From an uncultured Anaerolinea sp. (GTDB lineage: Bacteria; Chloroflexota; Anaerolineae; Anaerolineales; UBA4823), in the NCBI GenBank assembly GCA_964503145.1, contig CAZCYV010000010.1, positions 8,613-72,612 of the forward strand: DNA of 64,000 bases, read 5' to 3'. Positions 19,040 through 27,961 of this stretch are shown one piece after another; within the stretch, counting starts at the first letter, position 1; each line of letters starts with the position of its first letter. A model generated the notes under the pieces. It was not told the origin of the DNA. It made no database searches and was given only the letters and a program-made list of their open reading frames with translations. The position numbers and the translations under genes were made by a program.

Positions 19040-20482
19040 CTATTGGCTCCGCTTTTGAGCTGATATCTGCGCGCTGTAAACGTGCACGCCATCTACCCGG
19101 CCAGCTTCAGTGCTGCGCCGGACCTCTAAATCCGTGAAACCTGCCTGGGCGATTAAATCCAGGTATTCCTGCTCGGGAAGCGCGCCGAAGACGCATCCTC
19201 CCCATCGCTCTGCCGCCTGCCGCCCAGCAGCTGAAAACGAACCGTCTGTAACCATGTCGCTGATCGCCAGACGACCGCCATCTTTCAAGACCCGATAGGC
19301 CTCTCGAAAAACCTTCCCCTTGTCTTCGGTCAGGTTGATCACGCAGTTGGAAATGATCCAATCCACACTGGCATCTTCGACAGGGAGCGCGTCGGCCTGC
19401 CCCAGGCGGAACTCCACATTGGTCAGGCCATGTTGTGCGGCGGCGCGCTGCGCCCGTTCCAGCATCGAGGGCGTCATATCCACGCCAATCGCTTTGCCGC
19501 TCGGGCCGACCTTCTGCGCCGCCAGAAAGACATCGATCCCCCCGCCACTGCCGATGTCCAATACCAACTGACCAGGCTGCATCGAAGCAAACGCCGTGGG
19601 ATTGCCGCAGCCAAGCGAGATCTCTGCGGCGTCTGCAGGAACCTGGGACAATTCTTGAGGCGTATAACCTGTAACGAATGTCACCCCGGCATCTGAAACG
19701 GATTCCAACGAGATCAGCTCCCCATCGCCGCAGCAACTGCTGGCCGCGTCCGAGGTCGAACCGCAACAGCTTCCCCCGAGTTCGGCCAGGGCGCCGTAAT
19801 GCTCCCGGACGGCGACCTGCGCTCCGCTGAGTCGCTTGGCGCCCACGGCCACAAAGACACTGATCTGCGCCACTCGCTGTTCAGAAGGCGCAGCCTCCCC
19901 CTTCGATTCGGCGCAACAAGATTCGCCGCTGCAATCGACAATGACGTTCACCAGCCCGGCCTGTTCGAACCACTGGCGCACCTGCGAACGCTCGAAACCT
20001 AACCACACGTCCGCCATTTCGTCGCGCATCCATTCGTGGGAGTGCGCCTCCATATCGGTGATCACCAGACGTCCGCCGGGGCGGAGCAAGCGCGCCATCT
20101 CGGAGATCGCCGCCAGGGGGTCTTCGCAATGGTGCAAGTACATATTGGCGAAAACCGCGTCCAGACTGGCATCCGCCAGGGGCAATGACAGCCCTTCGGC
20201 CTCCTGGAAAACGATGTTGTCGAAATCCTTCAAGTTCTGGCGCGCCACCTCCAGCATGGCGGGCGAGCCATCGAAGGCGTAGACCTTGCGCACCAGCGGC
20301 GCCAGACCGGCGGCCATGAAGCCGGTACCCGCGCCCACATCGGCGACTTCCATATCCGCGCGCAGATAAGCCTTCTTGATGGCAGCCTGACGCACAGCCT
20401 CGGTGAAGTAGCCAGAGCGGATCTGGTCCCACTGGTTAGCGATCTGTTCAAAATATCGGGCAGCAGCAGCGGTTAGACTCAT
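19040..20482 (-). CDS. arsM: Tandem class I SAM methyltransferase fused to arsenite methyltransferase ArsM
   Basis: Two SAM-binding motifs (ADVGAGTG; LDIGSGGG). C-terminal half has ArsM hallmarks [26 protein letters not shown]. Confidence 0.85.
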   Translation of the reverse strand: MSLTAAAARYFEQIANQWDQIRSGYFTEAVRQAAIKKAYLRADMEVADVGAGTGFMAAGLAPLVRKVYAFDGSPAMLEVARQNLKDFDNIVFQEAEGLSLPLADASLDAVFANMYLHHCEDPLAAISEMARLLRPGGRLVITDMEAHSHEWMRDEMADVWLGFERSQVRQWFEQAGLVNVIVDCSGESCCAESKGEAAPSEQRVAQISVFVAVGAKRLSGAQVAVREHYGALAELGGSCCGSTSDAASSCCGDGELISLESVSDAGVTFVTGYTPQELSQVPADAAEISLGCGNPTAFASMQPGQLVLDIGSGGGIDVFLAAQKVGPSGKAIGVDMTPSMLERAQRAAAQHGLTNVEFRLGQADALPVEDASVDWIISNCVINLTEDKGKVFREAYRVLKDGGRLAISDMVTDGSFSAAGRQAAERWGGCVFGALPEQEYLDLIAQAGFTDLEVRRSTEAGRVDGVHVYSAQISAQKRSQ

Positions 20483-20507
20483 ATTGACAACTCCCTGACA
20501 AATGATT

Positions 20508-20525
20508 TATCGTATTTTTACGATA
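20508..20525. promoter_or_regulatory. ArsR-type operator upstream of arsM
   Basis: TATCGTA-tttt-TACGATA 7-4-7 inverted repeat; same core as the arsR operator. Confidence 0.75.
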
Positions 20526-20562
20526 TAATCAGACAAGCGAAATTCCCTCCAACAGGATTTCA

Positions 20563-20898
20563 CTATGACTGATCTTCCCACGAACAGCAAGTCGGGAGCC
20601 AGGCGCCGATCTGGTCCTTCAGCCAGCGGATGTTGTCCACATTCAGGCAATAGCAGGTAGCGGGGCCTTCGATTTCTCCGATAATCAGGCCAGCTTCCCT
20701 GAGCACCTTGAGGTGCTGGCTCACGGTGGACTGCGCCAGAGGCGTGGTCTCGACGATTTCACTGGTGATGCACATCCGACGCTCCGCCAACGTTTCGACA
20801 ATCTGAAAGCGGATTGGATTGCCCAAAGCCTTGAGCATCTTCGCCAGACGCAACTTATCAGCAGAAACCGCAGGAGCTTGAACTCGGGCCATCGTCAT
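20563..20898 (-). CDS. arsR: ArsR/SmtB family metalloregulator
   Basis: LKALGNPIRFQIV, LAQSTVSQHLKVLREAGLI, CYC and C-terminal CC metal-binding cysteines. Confidence 0.92.
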   Translation of the reverse strand: MTMARVQAPAVSADKLRLAKMLKALGNPIRFQIVETLAERRMCITSEIVETTPLAQSTVSQHLKVLREAGLIIGEIEGPATCYCLNVDNIRWLKDQIGAWLPTCCSWEDQS

Positions 20899-20917
20899 CT
20901 CTTCATCGCAAAAATAC

Positions 20918-20957
20918 GCTTATATCGTAATTATACGATATAAGCCGCAATTGTCAA
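20918..20957 (-). promoter_or_regulatory. arsR sigma70 promoter overlapped by a perfect 12-4-12 operator
   Basis: GCTTATATCGTA-atta-TACGATATAAGC (20918-20945); minus-strand TTGACA (20957-20952), 16-bp spacer, TATAAT (20935-20930). Confidence 0.88.
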
Positions 20958-21000
20958 GAAGAAAACCGCCGCAAAATGTCGCTCGGTTATCCCTGTTATC

Positions 21001-21432
21001 TCAGTACTGGTGAACCTCCGTCAGCCATTGCTGGACTTTTTCCTGGATCTGGTCGCGCACCTGGCGGAACTTGGCTAGCTTTTCCTCGTGCGTGCCTTCG
21101 AAGGCTGCTGGGTCTTCGAAGCTCCAATGCAGGCGCTGGCTCATCCCCAGGAAAGTTGTCGGACAGTTTTTCTCGGCGTGGTCGCAGACGGTGATCAAAT
21201 AGCCGAAATTCACATACCCCAGATAAGTGCGCAAATCTTTGGAGGTGTGACCATCCAGGGGAATTCCGATTTCCTCCATCACCTGGATGGTGTAGGGATT
21301 CAAACCTTTTGGCTCCAGGCCGGCACTATGCGCTTCGAAGCTCTCGCCGCCGTATTTACGCAGAAAAGCCTCTGCCATCTGGCTGCGCGCCGAATTGCCG
21401 GTGCACAGGAACAAAACTTTGGTCTTAGCCAT
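21001..21432 (-). CDS. arsC: Arsenate reductase, thioredoxin-dependent (second copy)
   Basis: [36 protein letters not shown]. Confidence 0.88.
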   Translation of the reverse strand: MAKTKVLFLCTGNSARSQMAEAFLRKYGGESFEAHSAGLEPKGLNPYTIQVMEEIGIPLDGHTSKDLRTYLGYVNFGYLITVCDHAEKNCPTTFLGMSQRLHWSFEDPAAFEGTHEEKLAKFRQVRDQIQEKVQQWLTEVHQY

Positions 21433-21635
21433 CGCAATGCCTCCACAACCGTTAACCGTGTGGAGGCATTATACTCATGCAAAGTTTAATGCCATGCAAA
21501 CAATTGGTTATCGATCATTAACCTCCCCGGCAGACGCTCAAGATAAAGCAATGTATTGAGTTGGCCCGCCAGGTTGCCGAGATTGGTTCTCCAAAAAGAA
21601 GTAAGATCCGCGCTTCGATCGCCTGCGTTAGTTCA

Positions 21636-22391
21636 TTACGCGCCCAGCAGAATAGATATCCGCTGGATCGCCAGCAAAACCAGCGCAATCGCAAAAATTC
21701 GGGTGAGCGTGCGACTCTTGACGCGCCTGGCAGTGAAGGCGCCTCCCAGGTACGCGCCGATAACTGCAGCGGCGCTGGTTATGCTGATCATTAACCAGTC
21801 GAACTGGGCATCCTGCAGGTGGGCGATGAAGGCCGAGAATGATGGCAGGGTGACGATTACACTGTTGGTGGCTGCGGCAATCCGAGCCGTATAGCCGAGC
21901 ATGACCAGGGTCGGCATCATCAAGAAACCCGGCCCTACACCAAGGAAGCCGGCAAAGATGCCAATGGCGGCGCTCAACAGGCCGCCTTTGATTCGCGTGC
22001 GATCTGTAATCTCCAGCTTGACAGAATCATCTTGCTTCGGAGGAAAGGCCATGCGGTAGGCGAGAAAAAACAATACACCCACATAAATCCACCATACGAC
22101 CTCGGTTGGTACAAAGCGCAACAACCAGACTCCGAGCGGTGCGACCAATGTCGTAATTGCCAGCAATGGAATAGCTGTGCGCCAATCCACCATCTTCGAG
22201 CGAGCGAAAGCAATCGCAGTGCTGGTCGCGGTAAGACCGTTCAATAGCAGGCTCCAGGGCATGATCACGTTTTTCAGGTCGAACCCAAACAGGCCCAAAA
22301 CCGGGGTGGAAATGAAGGCCACACCCAGCCCCAGCATCCCAGAGATGAACGACAAGGCAAATATTATGAGAGAGAATAACAGATATTCCAT
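21636..22391 (-). CDS. TauE/SafE family sulfite-exporter-like permease
   Basis: GMLGLGVAFISTP and GFLGVGPGFLMMP half-repeat motifs, about 8 TM segments. Confidence 0.85.
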   Translation of the reverse strand: MEYLLFSLIIFALSFISGMLGLGVAFISTPVLGLFGFDLKNVIMPWSLLLNGLTATSTAIAFARSKMVDWRTAIPLLAITTLVAPLGVWLLRFVPTEVVWWIYVGVLFFLAYRMAFPPKQDDSVKLEITDRTRIKGGLLSAAIGIFAGFLGVGPGFLMMPTLVMLGYTARIAAATNSVIVTLPSFSAFIAHLQDAQFDWLMISITSAAAVIGAYLGGAFTARRVKSRTLTRIFAIALVLLAIQRISILLGA

Positions 22392-22650
22392 GGCCCGTCT
22401 CCTTTAGCAATGCCAAATCAAGCGTTTGCTTTTATCTTTGGACACGGTATTGTTGGTTAGCGCCGGACACTTTGATCATGCATCTCTCGCCGCTGCAGTC
22501 CGGAGAGTAAAAGCCAACGGTCAAGGCGCTGGCCTCTTCAGCAACCATAGGCCAGCGCCCTGGCGACCGTAAGCTTTTCAAGGCGCCGATGAACCTGAAG
22601 GGTGCAGAACCGGGACGTCGCGCTCCAAAGCGAAGCGCTTCATCTAGGGA

Positions 22651-22905
22651 TCATGCAGACTTCTGGACAGGTGTAAACCAGCGCAGCAATTCCTCGCGCT
22701 CGGGAATCCGGTTGGTGCACACCAGATGTCCGTCGATCACCAAGCCGGGAATTTCGTCCAGGGGCATGTGATGGCGGATGCGCCGTTCATCGCTGACGCG
22801 CTCGATTTCCACATCGCTGGTCCCAAGCTCGAGGATAACCTGATTGAGCAACTCCTCCAGCTTGATGCAATTGTAGCAGCCGGTTCCCAGGATTTCCACT
22901 TTCAT
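22651..22905 (-). CDS. Small thioredoxin-like redox-active disulfide protein
   Basis: MKVEILGTGCYNC...IPGLVIDG; SD GGAGG before the ATG at 22905. Confidence 0.85.
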   Translation of the reverse strand: MKVEILGTGCYNCIKLEELLNQVILELGTSDVEIERVSDERRIRHHMPLDEIPGLVIDGHLVCTNRIPEREELLRWFTPVQKSA

Positions 22906-23041
22906 CGCGACCTCCAATTCAACTGAAAGCCACTGCATGCCGGGCGATGCGTGCTACGATGATTGTGCGCACAAGCGCAGTAAGAACGTAAATATCTGAA
23001 CCAACCAATAGGGATATTGGTATCCCTGATTTATCAAGATT

Positions 23042-23296
23042 TCAGTTCGAGGACTCCAACGCTGCGGTCAGCCAGGTGGTCACCTCTGCCGGAGTGGGGA
23101 TGCGACCCGCACAAACGACCCGTTCATTGACCACCAACCCTGGCGTGGAGAGAATCGGGTACTGCATAATCGCATTATAATCGGTGACTTTGACGATCTC
23201 CGCATTGAGCTGCAAATCAGCCACAACTTTACGGGCGATCTGTTCCAATCGCTTGCAATTGGCGCATCCGGGACCAAGGACTTTGATGTTGAGCAT
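23042..23296 (-). CDS. Small thioredoxin-like redox-active disulfide protein
   Basis: [14 protein letters not shown]...[15 protein letters not shown]; SD GGAGG before the ATG at 23296. Confidence 0.88.
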   Translation of the reverse strand: MLNIKVLGPGCANCKRLEQIARKVVADLQLNAEIVKVTDYNAIMQYPILSTPGLVVNERVVCAGRIPTPAEVTTWLTAALESSN

Positions 23297-23518
23297 AGAA
23301 ACCTCCATGAAGCAAGACGTCAGCGAGTTGGTCAACCGCTGGGCTAGCATATTCGAAATATTGAATATATTATCCCCTGCTTCAACGGAAGGCGCAAGTG
23401 ACATTTGTCACAAAAAATCTGCAGTTTTTCCTGTGGAGACAAATTTGGTGTAAATGGAGCAAAGCGCGCCCGCCAGGCTATCGCTGGCGAACGCGCTCTG
23501 GAGATCTATCAATCCAAT

Positions 23519-24880
23519 TTATGAAGCGATGGAAGTCAGCGCCAGGGGTTGAACCAAACGAGGCTGGCCTGCCAATGTCGCCTGCATCGACCAGGGGCCG
23601 GTCCAGGTGATGACCACGTCGCGCAGTTGGCCGCGCAGGTTTTCGTCCGACTCGACGAAGACCAGCTTATTGGTCCGAGTGCGCCCGCGCCAGCGGCCGC
23701 GCACCTTCTCCTCGAATAACACCTCCACCGTTTCGCCCAGATAGCGAGCGTTGATCTCGGCGGCAATGCGCTCTTGCAGTTCTTCCAACAAGCGGAAGCG
23801 GCGCCATTTTTCCCTCTCCGGCACATCATCGGGCATGCGCCGCTCGGCAACAGTGCCTGGACGAGGCGAATAACGCGCCAGATGGGCGACATCCAGCTTC
23901 AGTTCGTCCAGCAAATCATAGGTGCGCTGGAACTGGGCCTCGCTCTCGCCAGGAAAGCCGACGATAATGTCAGTGGCAATCGAGACGCCCGGAATGCGCC
24001 GACGGATGCGCTCGACCAGGCGGCGGTAATCATCGGCAGTATAGCCGCGGTGCATTAGGGCGAGCACAGCGTCGTCGCCCGCCTGCACCGGCACCTCGAT
24101 GTGCGGCATCACCTTGGGCAATTCAGCCACAGCATCCAGCAACTCATCGGTCATCCAGTTCGGGTGAGAAGTCAGGAAGCGAATACGCTCCAGGCCATCC
24201 ACCTGGCTGGCGAGGCGCAGCAGCCCTGCCAGGTTAGGCCCATCTGGGATATCCTTGCCGTAACGATCCACAATCTGACCCAGCAGGGTGATTTCTTTGA
24301 CCCCCTGAGCCACCAGGGCGCGTATCTCGGCGATGATTTCACCCACCGGGCGGCTGCGCTCCACACCGCGGCGATAGGGGATGATGCAAAAAGTGCAGGC
24401 GTGCGAGCAACCCAGCACCACCGGCACATGTGTCGCCACCAGCTTGCCGCGCTCGTCCAACGGCAAGATCAACTCGCCATCCATGGCAGCGAAGCGCTGC
24501 GCAGTCTCTTGCTGATCCATGGCGCGGCTTTCATCCTGTGTCAGATAAGCGATCAACGGGCCGGGGTCGCTGGGCGGGGAGAACACATCCACAAAGGGGA
24601 AGCGCGCCTTGAGGCGATCATGGCCCTTGACGCCGACCAGACAGCCCATCAGATTGATCACCAGATCCGGTCGGGCAGCTTTAAGCGGGCGCAACGAACT
24701 CAGTCGCCCATAGGCTTTATCTTCGGCGCTTTGGCGCACCACGCAAGTGTTCAGCACGATCACGTCGGCCTGCTCGGCCTGGCGGGTGGGCTGATAGCCC
24801 AGGCGCTCCAGCGCCGAAGCCACGCGCAGCGAGTCGGCCACGTTCATCTGACAACCTTCAGTCCAAATGTGATACTTCAT
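23519..24880 (-). CDS. miaB: tRNA-2-methylthio-N6-dimethylallyladenosine synthase MiaB
   Basis: TEGCQMNVADS, NTCVVRQSAE, CSHACTFC, FLTSHP, TDIIVGFPGE, GRTRTNK. Confidence 0.95.
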   Translation of the reverse strand: MKYHIWTEGCQMNVADSLRVASALERLGYQPTRQAEQADVIVLNTCVVRQSAEDKAYGRLSSLRPLKAARPDLVINLMGCLVGVKGHDRLKARFPFVDVFSPPSDPGPLIAYLTQDESRAMDQQETAQRFAAMDGELILPLDERGKLVATHVPVVLGCSHACTFCIIPYRRGVERSRPVGEIIAEIRALVAQGVKEITLLGQIVDRYGKDIPDGPNLAGLLRLASQVDGLERIRFLTSHPNWMTDELLDAVAELPKVMPHIEVPVQAGDDAVLALMHRGYTADDYRRLVERIRRRIPGVSIATDIIVGFPGESEAQFQRTYDLLDELKLDVAHLARYSPRPGTVAERRMPDDVPEREKWRRFRLLEELQERIAAEINARYLGETVEVLFEEKVRGRWRGRTRTNKLVFVESDENLRGQLRDVVITWTGPWSMQATLAGQPRLVQPLALTSIAS

Positions 24881-24956
24881 GTCCGGTATTATAACAAAAG
24901 TAATGCCCCGTGTCTGACCTTGATCAGTAATAAGTCATGAGCAGGCGCTCAAGGGT

Positions 24957-26288
24957 CTAGGGATGCAGATGCATCAGCACAGCTTGGTTCGGCCGCAGCA
25001 CGTAGAGCGCCTGGGGTTGGATTTCAATCCCAGGCGACAGGCGCAACTCAAAATGTTGAGCGATGCGAGCCAGGATCAGCCCCGCCTCCAGCATGGCGAA
25101 GGTGTTGCCAATGCACTGGCGTGGGCCAATGCTAAAGGGCATATACACATGTTTGTTACGCCCAGTCGAGCGTTCAGGCGTGAACCGCTCAGGGTCGAAG
25201 ACGTCTGGCGCCTCCCAATAAGCGGGGTGGCGATGCAAAGTGTAGATGCAGATTGCGATCACCGTGCCGGCGGGGACATAATAGCCGCCAATTTCGTCGT
25301 CTGCGATGGCGCGTCGGCCAATGATCCACGCTGGAGGGTATAACCGCAGGCTCTCATCCAGAACGAGGCGCAGATACGGCAGGTGAGGCAGATCGGCGGC
25401 GGTGAGCTTGCGCCCGCCGATCACCTGGCGAACTTCGTTGCGCAAGCGCTCGGCGGCCCATTGGTTCTGGGAAAGCAGATAGAAAGTCCAGGTGAGCGCA
25501 TTGGCGGTGGTTTCATAACCGGCAATTAGCAAACCCATCACCTCATGGCGCAATTGGAGGTCATCCAGTTCTGCACCATCATCTTCAGATTGGGCGGTCA
25601 TCAAAGCGCTGAGCAGGTCGCCTCGATCGTGGAAATCCCTGCGCCGTTCCTGGAGAATGCGATCTACGACTGCCGAGACCTGCATGCTGGCCTGCTGCAT
25701 TTGGGGATGATGGGGTTTTTCGAGGAGTTCTGCCACCCCGTTGATGAGTTTGCCCAGCGTGTGGACCTCGTCGCCCAAATCAACGCCAAACAGCGCTCGC
25801 GCAGTGATGGACATGGTCAGGGCAGCCATTTCGTGCGCCACATCGATCGTCTGCCCTGCCGCGTAAAACGCCTGCCAACGAGCGAGCACCTCATCGACTG
25901 CATCGATGATCATCCCATCGAGTTGCTCCAAACGGGCATGGTGAAAGGCAGGCTGCATCAAGCGGCGCCGCCGTAGCCAGGCTTCGCCTTCGAAGTTGAG
26001 CAGATTAGACCCAACCGCTTTCTTGAACGCCTGGTTTGAATAAGTATCCTTACTATAGTTACGCCCATTGTCAACCAGGACATGGTGGATGTATTCAGGA
26101 TGGTTGATCAGGTAGGCGGTATCCGGCGTCGGACGATAGCAGATGATATCGCCGTATTGACGGGTGATGGAGAGAAAATATTTGAGCGGATTCCGCACCA
26201 ACTCACGGACGCTGCCACGTGGTATCGGCGGAGTCCTTCGTTCAGGGGTGGGATGCAAGAATGGGGAGCTGCTATCGGCTGAGGTCAT
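24957..26288 (-). CDS. Cytochrome P450
   Basis: I-helix AGYETT, ExxR (ESLR), PERF, heme motif FSIGPRQCIG; SD GGAGG before the ATG at 26288. Confidence 0.95.
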   Translation of the reverse strand: MTSADSSSPFLHPTPERRTPPIPRGSVRELVRNPLKYFLSITRQYGDIICYRPTPDTAYLINHPEYIHHVLVDNGRNYSKDTYSNQAFKKAVGSNLLNFEGEAWLRRRRLMQPAFHHARLEQLDGMIIDAVDEVLARWQAFYAAGQTIDVAHEMAALTMSITARALFGVDLGDEVHTLGKLINGVAELLEKPHHPQMQQASMQVSAVVDRILQERRRDFHDRGDLLSALMTAQSEDDGAELDDLQLRHEVMGLLIAGYETTANALTWTFYLLSQNQWAAERLRNEVRQVIGGRKLTAADLPHLPYLRLVLDESLRLYPPAWIIGRRAIADDEIGGYYVPAGTVIAICIYTLHRHPAYWEAPDVFDPERFTPERSTGRNKHVYMPFSIGPRQCIGNTFAMLEAGLILARIAQHFELRLSPGIEIQPQALYVLRPNQAVLMHLHP

Positions 26289-26445
26289 ACGCCTCCAGGG
26301 GTCAAAGCAAGTTACAGAGTAATAAGCTCCGATTATACCGAAATGGTCTATGGTTGTATATGGGGGATTGACGGTCAGGCGAAAACAGATGGGCTGGCAA
26401 TCACGGGCCAAGGTATGCTAAAATGAGCTTGAGGGAGGGCCCTGT

Positions 26446-27918
26446 GTGATGAAAATTGTGATGATCTCCGCGGAATGCACACCCTACGCCAAGACCGGTG
26501 GCCTGGCCGACGTGGTCGGCGCGCTACCCAGGGCATTGCGCTCCTTGGGGCACGAAGTCATCGTGGTGATGCCAAAATACTCTACCATCGATCATAACCG
26601 CTTTGGGCTGCACCCATACCTGAGTCCGCTTGGGGTATGGATGGGGACCGTCGAGGAGTGGTGCGCAGTGCACACCGCCGACAACCGCGGCGTGCCGGTG
26701 TATTTCATCGAGATGAACAAGTACTTCGATCGTTGGGGGCTGTACCACGACGCCGATTTCAACGACTACCAGGATAATCCTCGCCGCTTCGGATTCCTCA
26801 CCCGCGCAGGGTTGCAACTGTGCCGCGATATCGGCTTCGTTCCCGATATCGTCCACGCCCACGACTGGCACACCGCTTTAGCTCCAGCCTACCTGAAAAT
26901 CTGGCATTGGAACGATCCGATTTTGGGCGGCGCAGCCAGCGTCCTGACTATCCACAATATCGCCTATCAGGGGGTGTACAACGCCAGAGACTATGATTAC
27001 CTGGGCTTGCAGTGGAGCAACTTCACCCCCGACAAATTCGAAGACCACGGCCGGATAAATTTCTTGAAGGGCGGCATCCATTACGCCGATATGGTCAACA
27101 CGGTCAGCCCGACCTACGCCCGTGAGACGCGCACCCCAGAGGGTGGATACGGCCTGGCCCCCTACCTGAACAACCGGGGAGAGGATTATGTGGGCATCCT
27201 GAACGGCGCCGATTACAGCCAGTGGGATCCGGCGACAGACAAGATGATCCCGGCGCGCTATTCTGCCAAAGACCTATCCGGCAAAGCGGTGTGCAAGCGC
27301 GAGTTGCAGAAGCGTTTCTTGCTGGATGTCGATCCGAAGATTCCGGTGATCGGCGTGGTCAGTCGGTTGGTGCCCCAGAAAGGGCTGGATTTGCTGGCGC
27401 AGAGCATCGAGGGGATGATGGCCAGCATGTTGGTTCAATTCGTCATCCTGGGCTCAGGCGACAAAGCCTTAGAAAGCTACTATGGCGGGCTGCCGGCGCG
27501 CTATCCTGGACGCATCGGCAGCTATATCGGCTTCAGCGAAGAGCTTTCGCACTGGATCGAAGCCGGGTCGGATTTCTTCATCATGCCTTCCATCTACGAA
27601 CCGTGTGGCCTGAACCAGATGTACTCGCTCAAATACGGCACGTTGCCAATTGTGCGCGCCACCGGCGGCCTGGACGACACCGTGGAGCAGTACGACGAGA
27701 CCAGCGGCGCAGGGACGGGCTTCAAGTTCTACGAGCCCAGCGCCAGCGCGATCTACTACACCGTCGGCTGGGCAGTGAGCACCTATTTCGACCGCCCGGA
27801 GCATATCCAGAAGATGATCCAGGCTGCAATGGCGCAGGATTTTTCGTGGGAGAAGAGCGCCCGCCAGTACGAGGCGCTGTATGAGCGGGCGATTGCCAAT
27901 AAACGGAGGGTTAAGTAA
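26446..27918 (+). CDS. glgA: Glycogen synthase
   Basis: KTGGLADV, HAHDWH, GILNG, PSIYEPCGLNQM. Confidence 0.95.
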   Translation: MMKIVMISAECTPYAKTGGLADVVGALPRALRSLGHEVIVVMPKYSTIDHNRFGLHPYLSPLGVWMGTVEEWCAVHTADNRGVPVYFIEMNKYFDRWGLYHDADFNDYQDNPRRFGFLTRAGLQLCRDIGFVPDIVHAHDWHTALAPAYLKIWHWNDPILGGAASVLTIHNIAYQGVYNARDYDYLGLQWSNFTPDKFEDHGRINFLKGGIHYADMVNTVSPTYARETRTPEGGYGLAPYLNNRGEDYVGILNGADYSQWDPATDKMIPARYSAKDLSGKAVCKRELQKRFLLDVDPKIPVIGVVSRLVPQKGLDLLAQSIEGMMASMLVQFVILGSGDKALESYYGGLPARYPGRIGSYIGFSEELSHWIEAGSDFFIMPSIYEPCGLNQMYSLKYGTLPIVRATGGLDDTVEQYDETSGAGTGFKFYEPSASAIYYTVGWAVSTYFDRPEHIQKMIQAAMAQDFSWEKSARQYEALYERAIANKRRVK

Positions 27919-27961
27919 ACTGAACGCTTATCCTGCAGGCATTTAGGATTGAAACTATCTC

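Noticed and set aside
2164-22566. Possible REP-like family linking the hairpins at 2164-2200 and 22525-22566
   Set aside because: Only a short shared GC-rich word in two copies; insufficient to call a repeat family.
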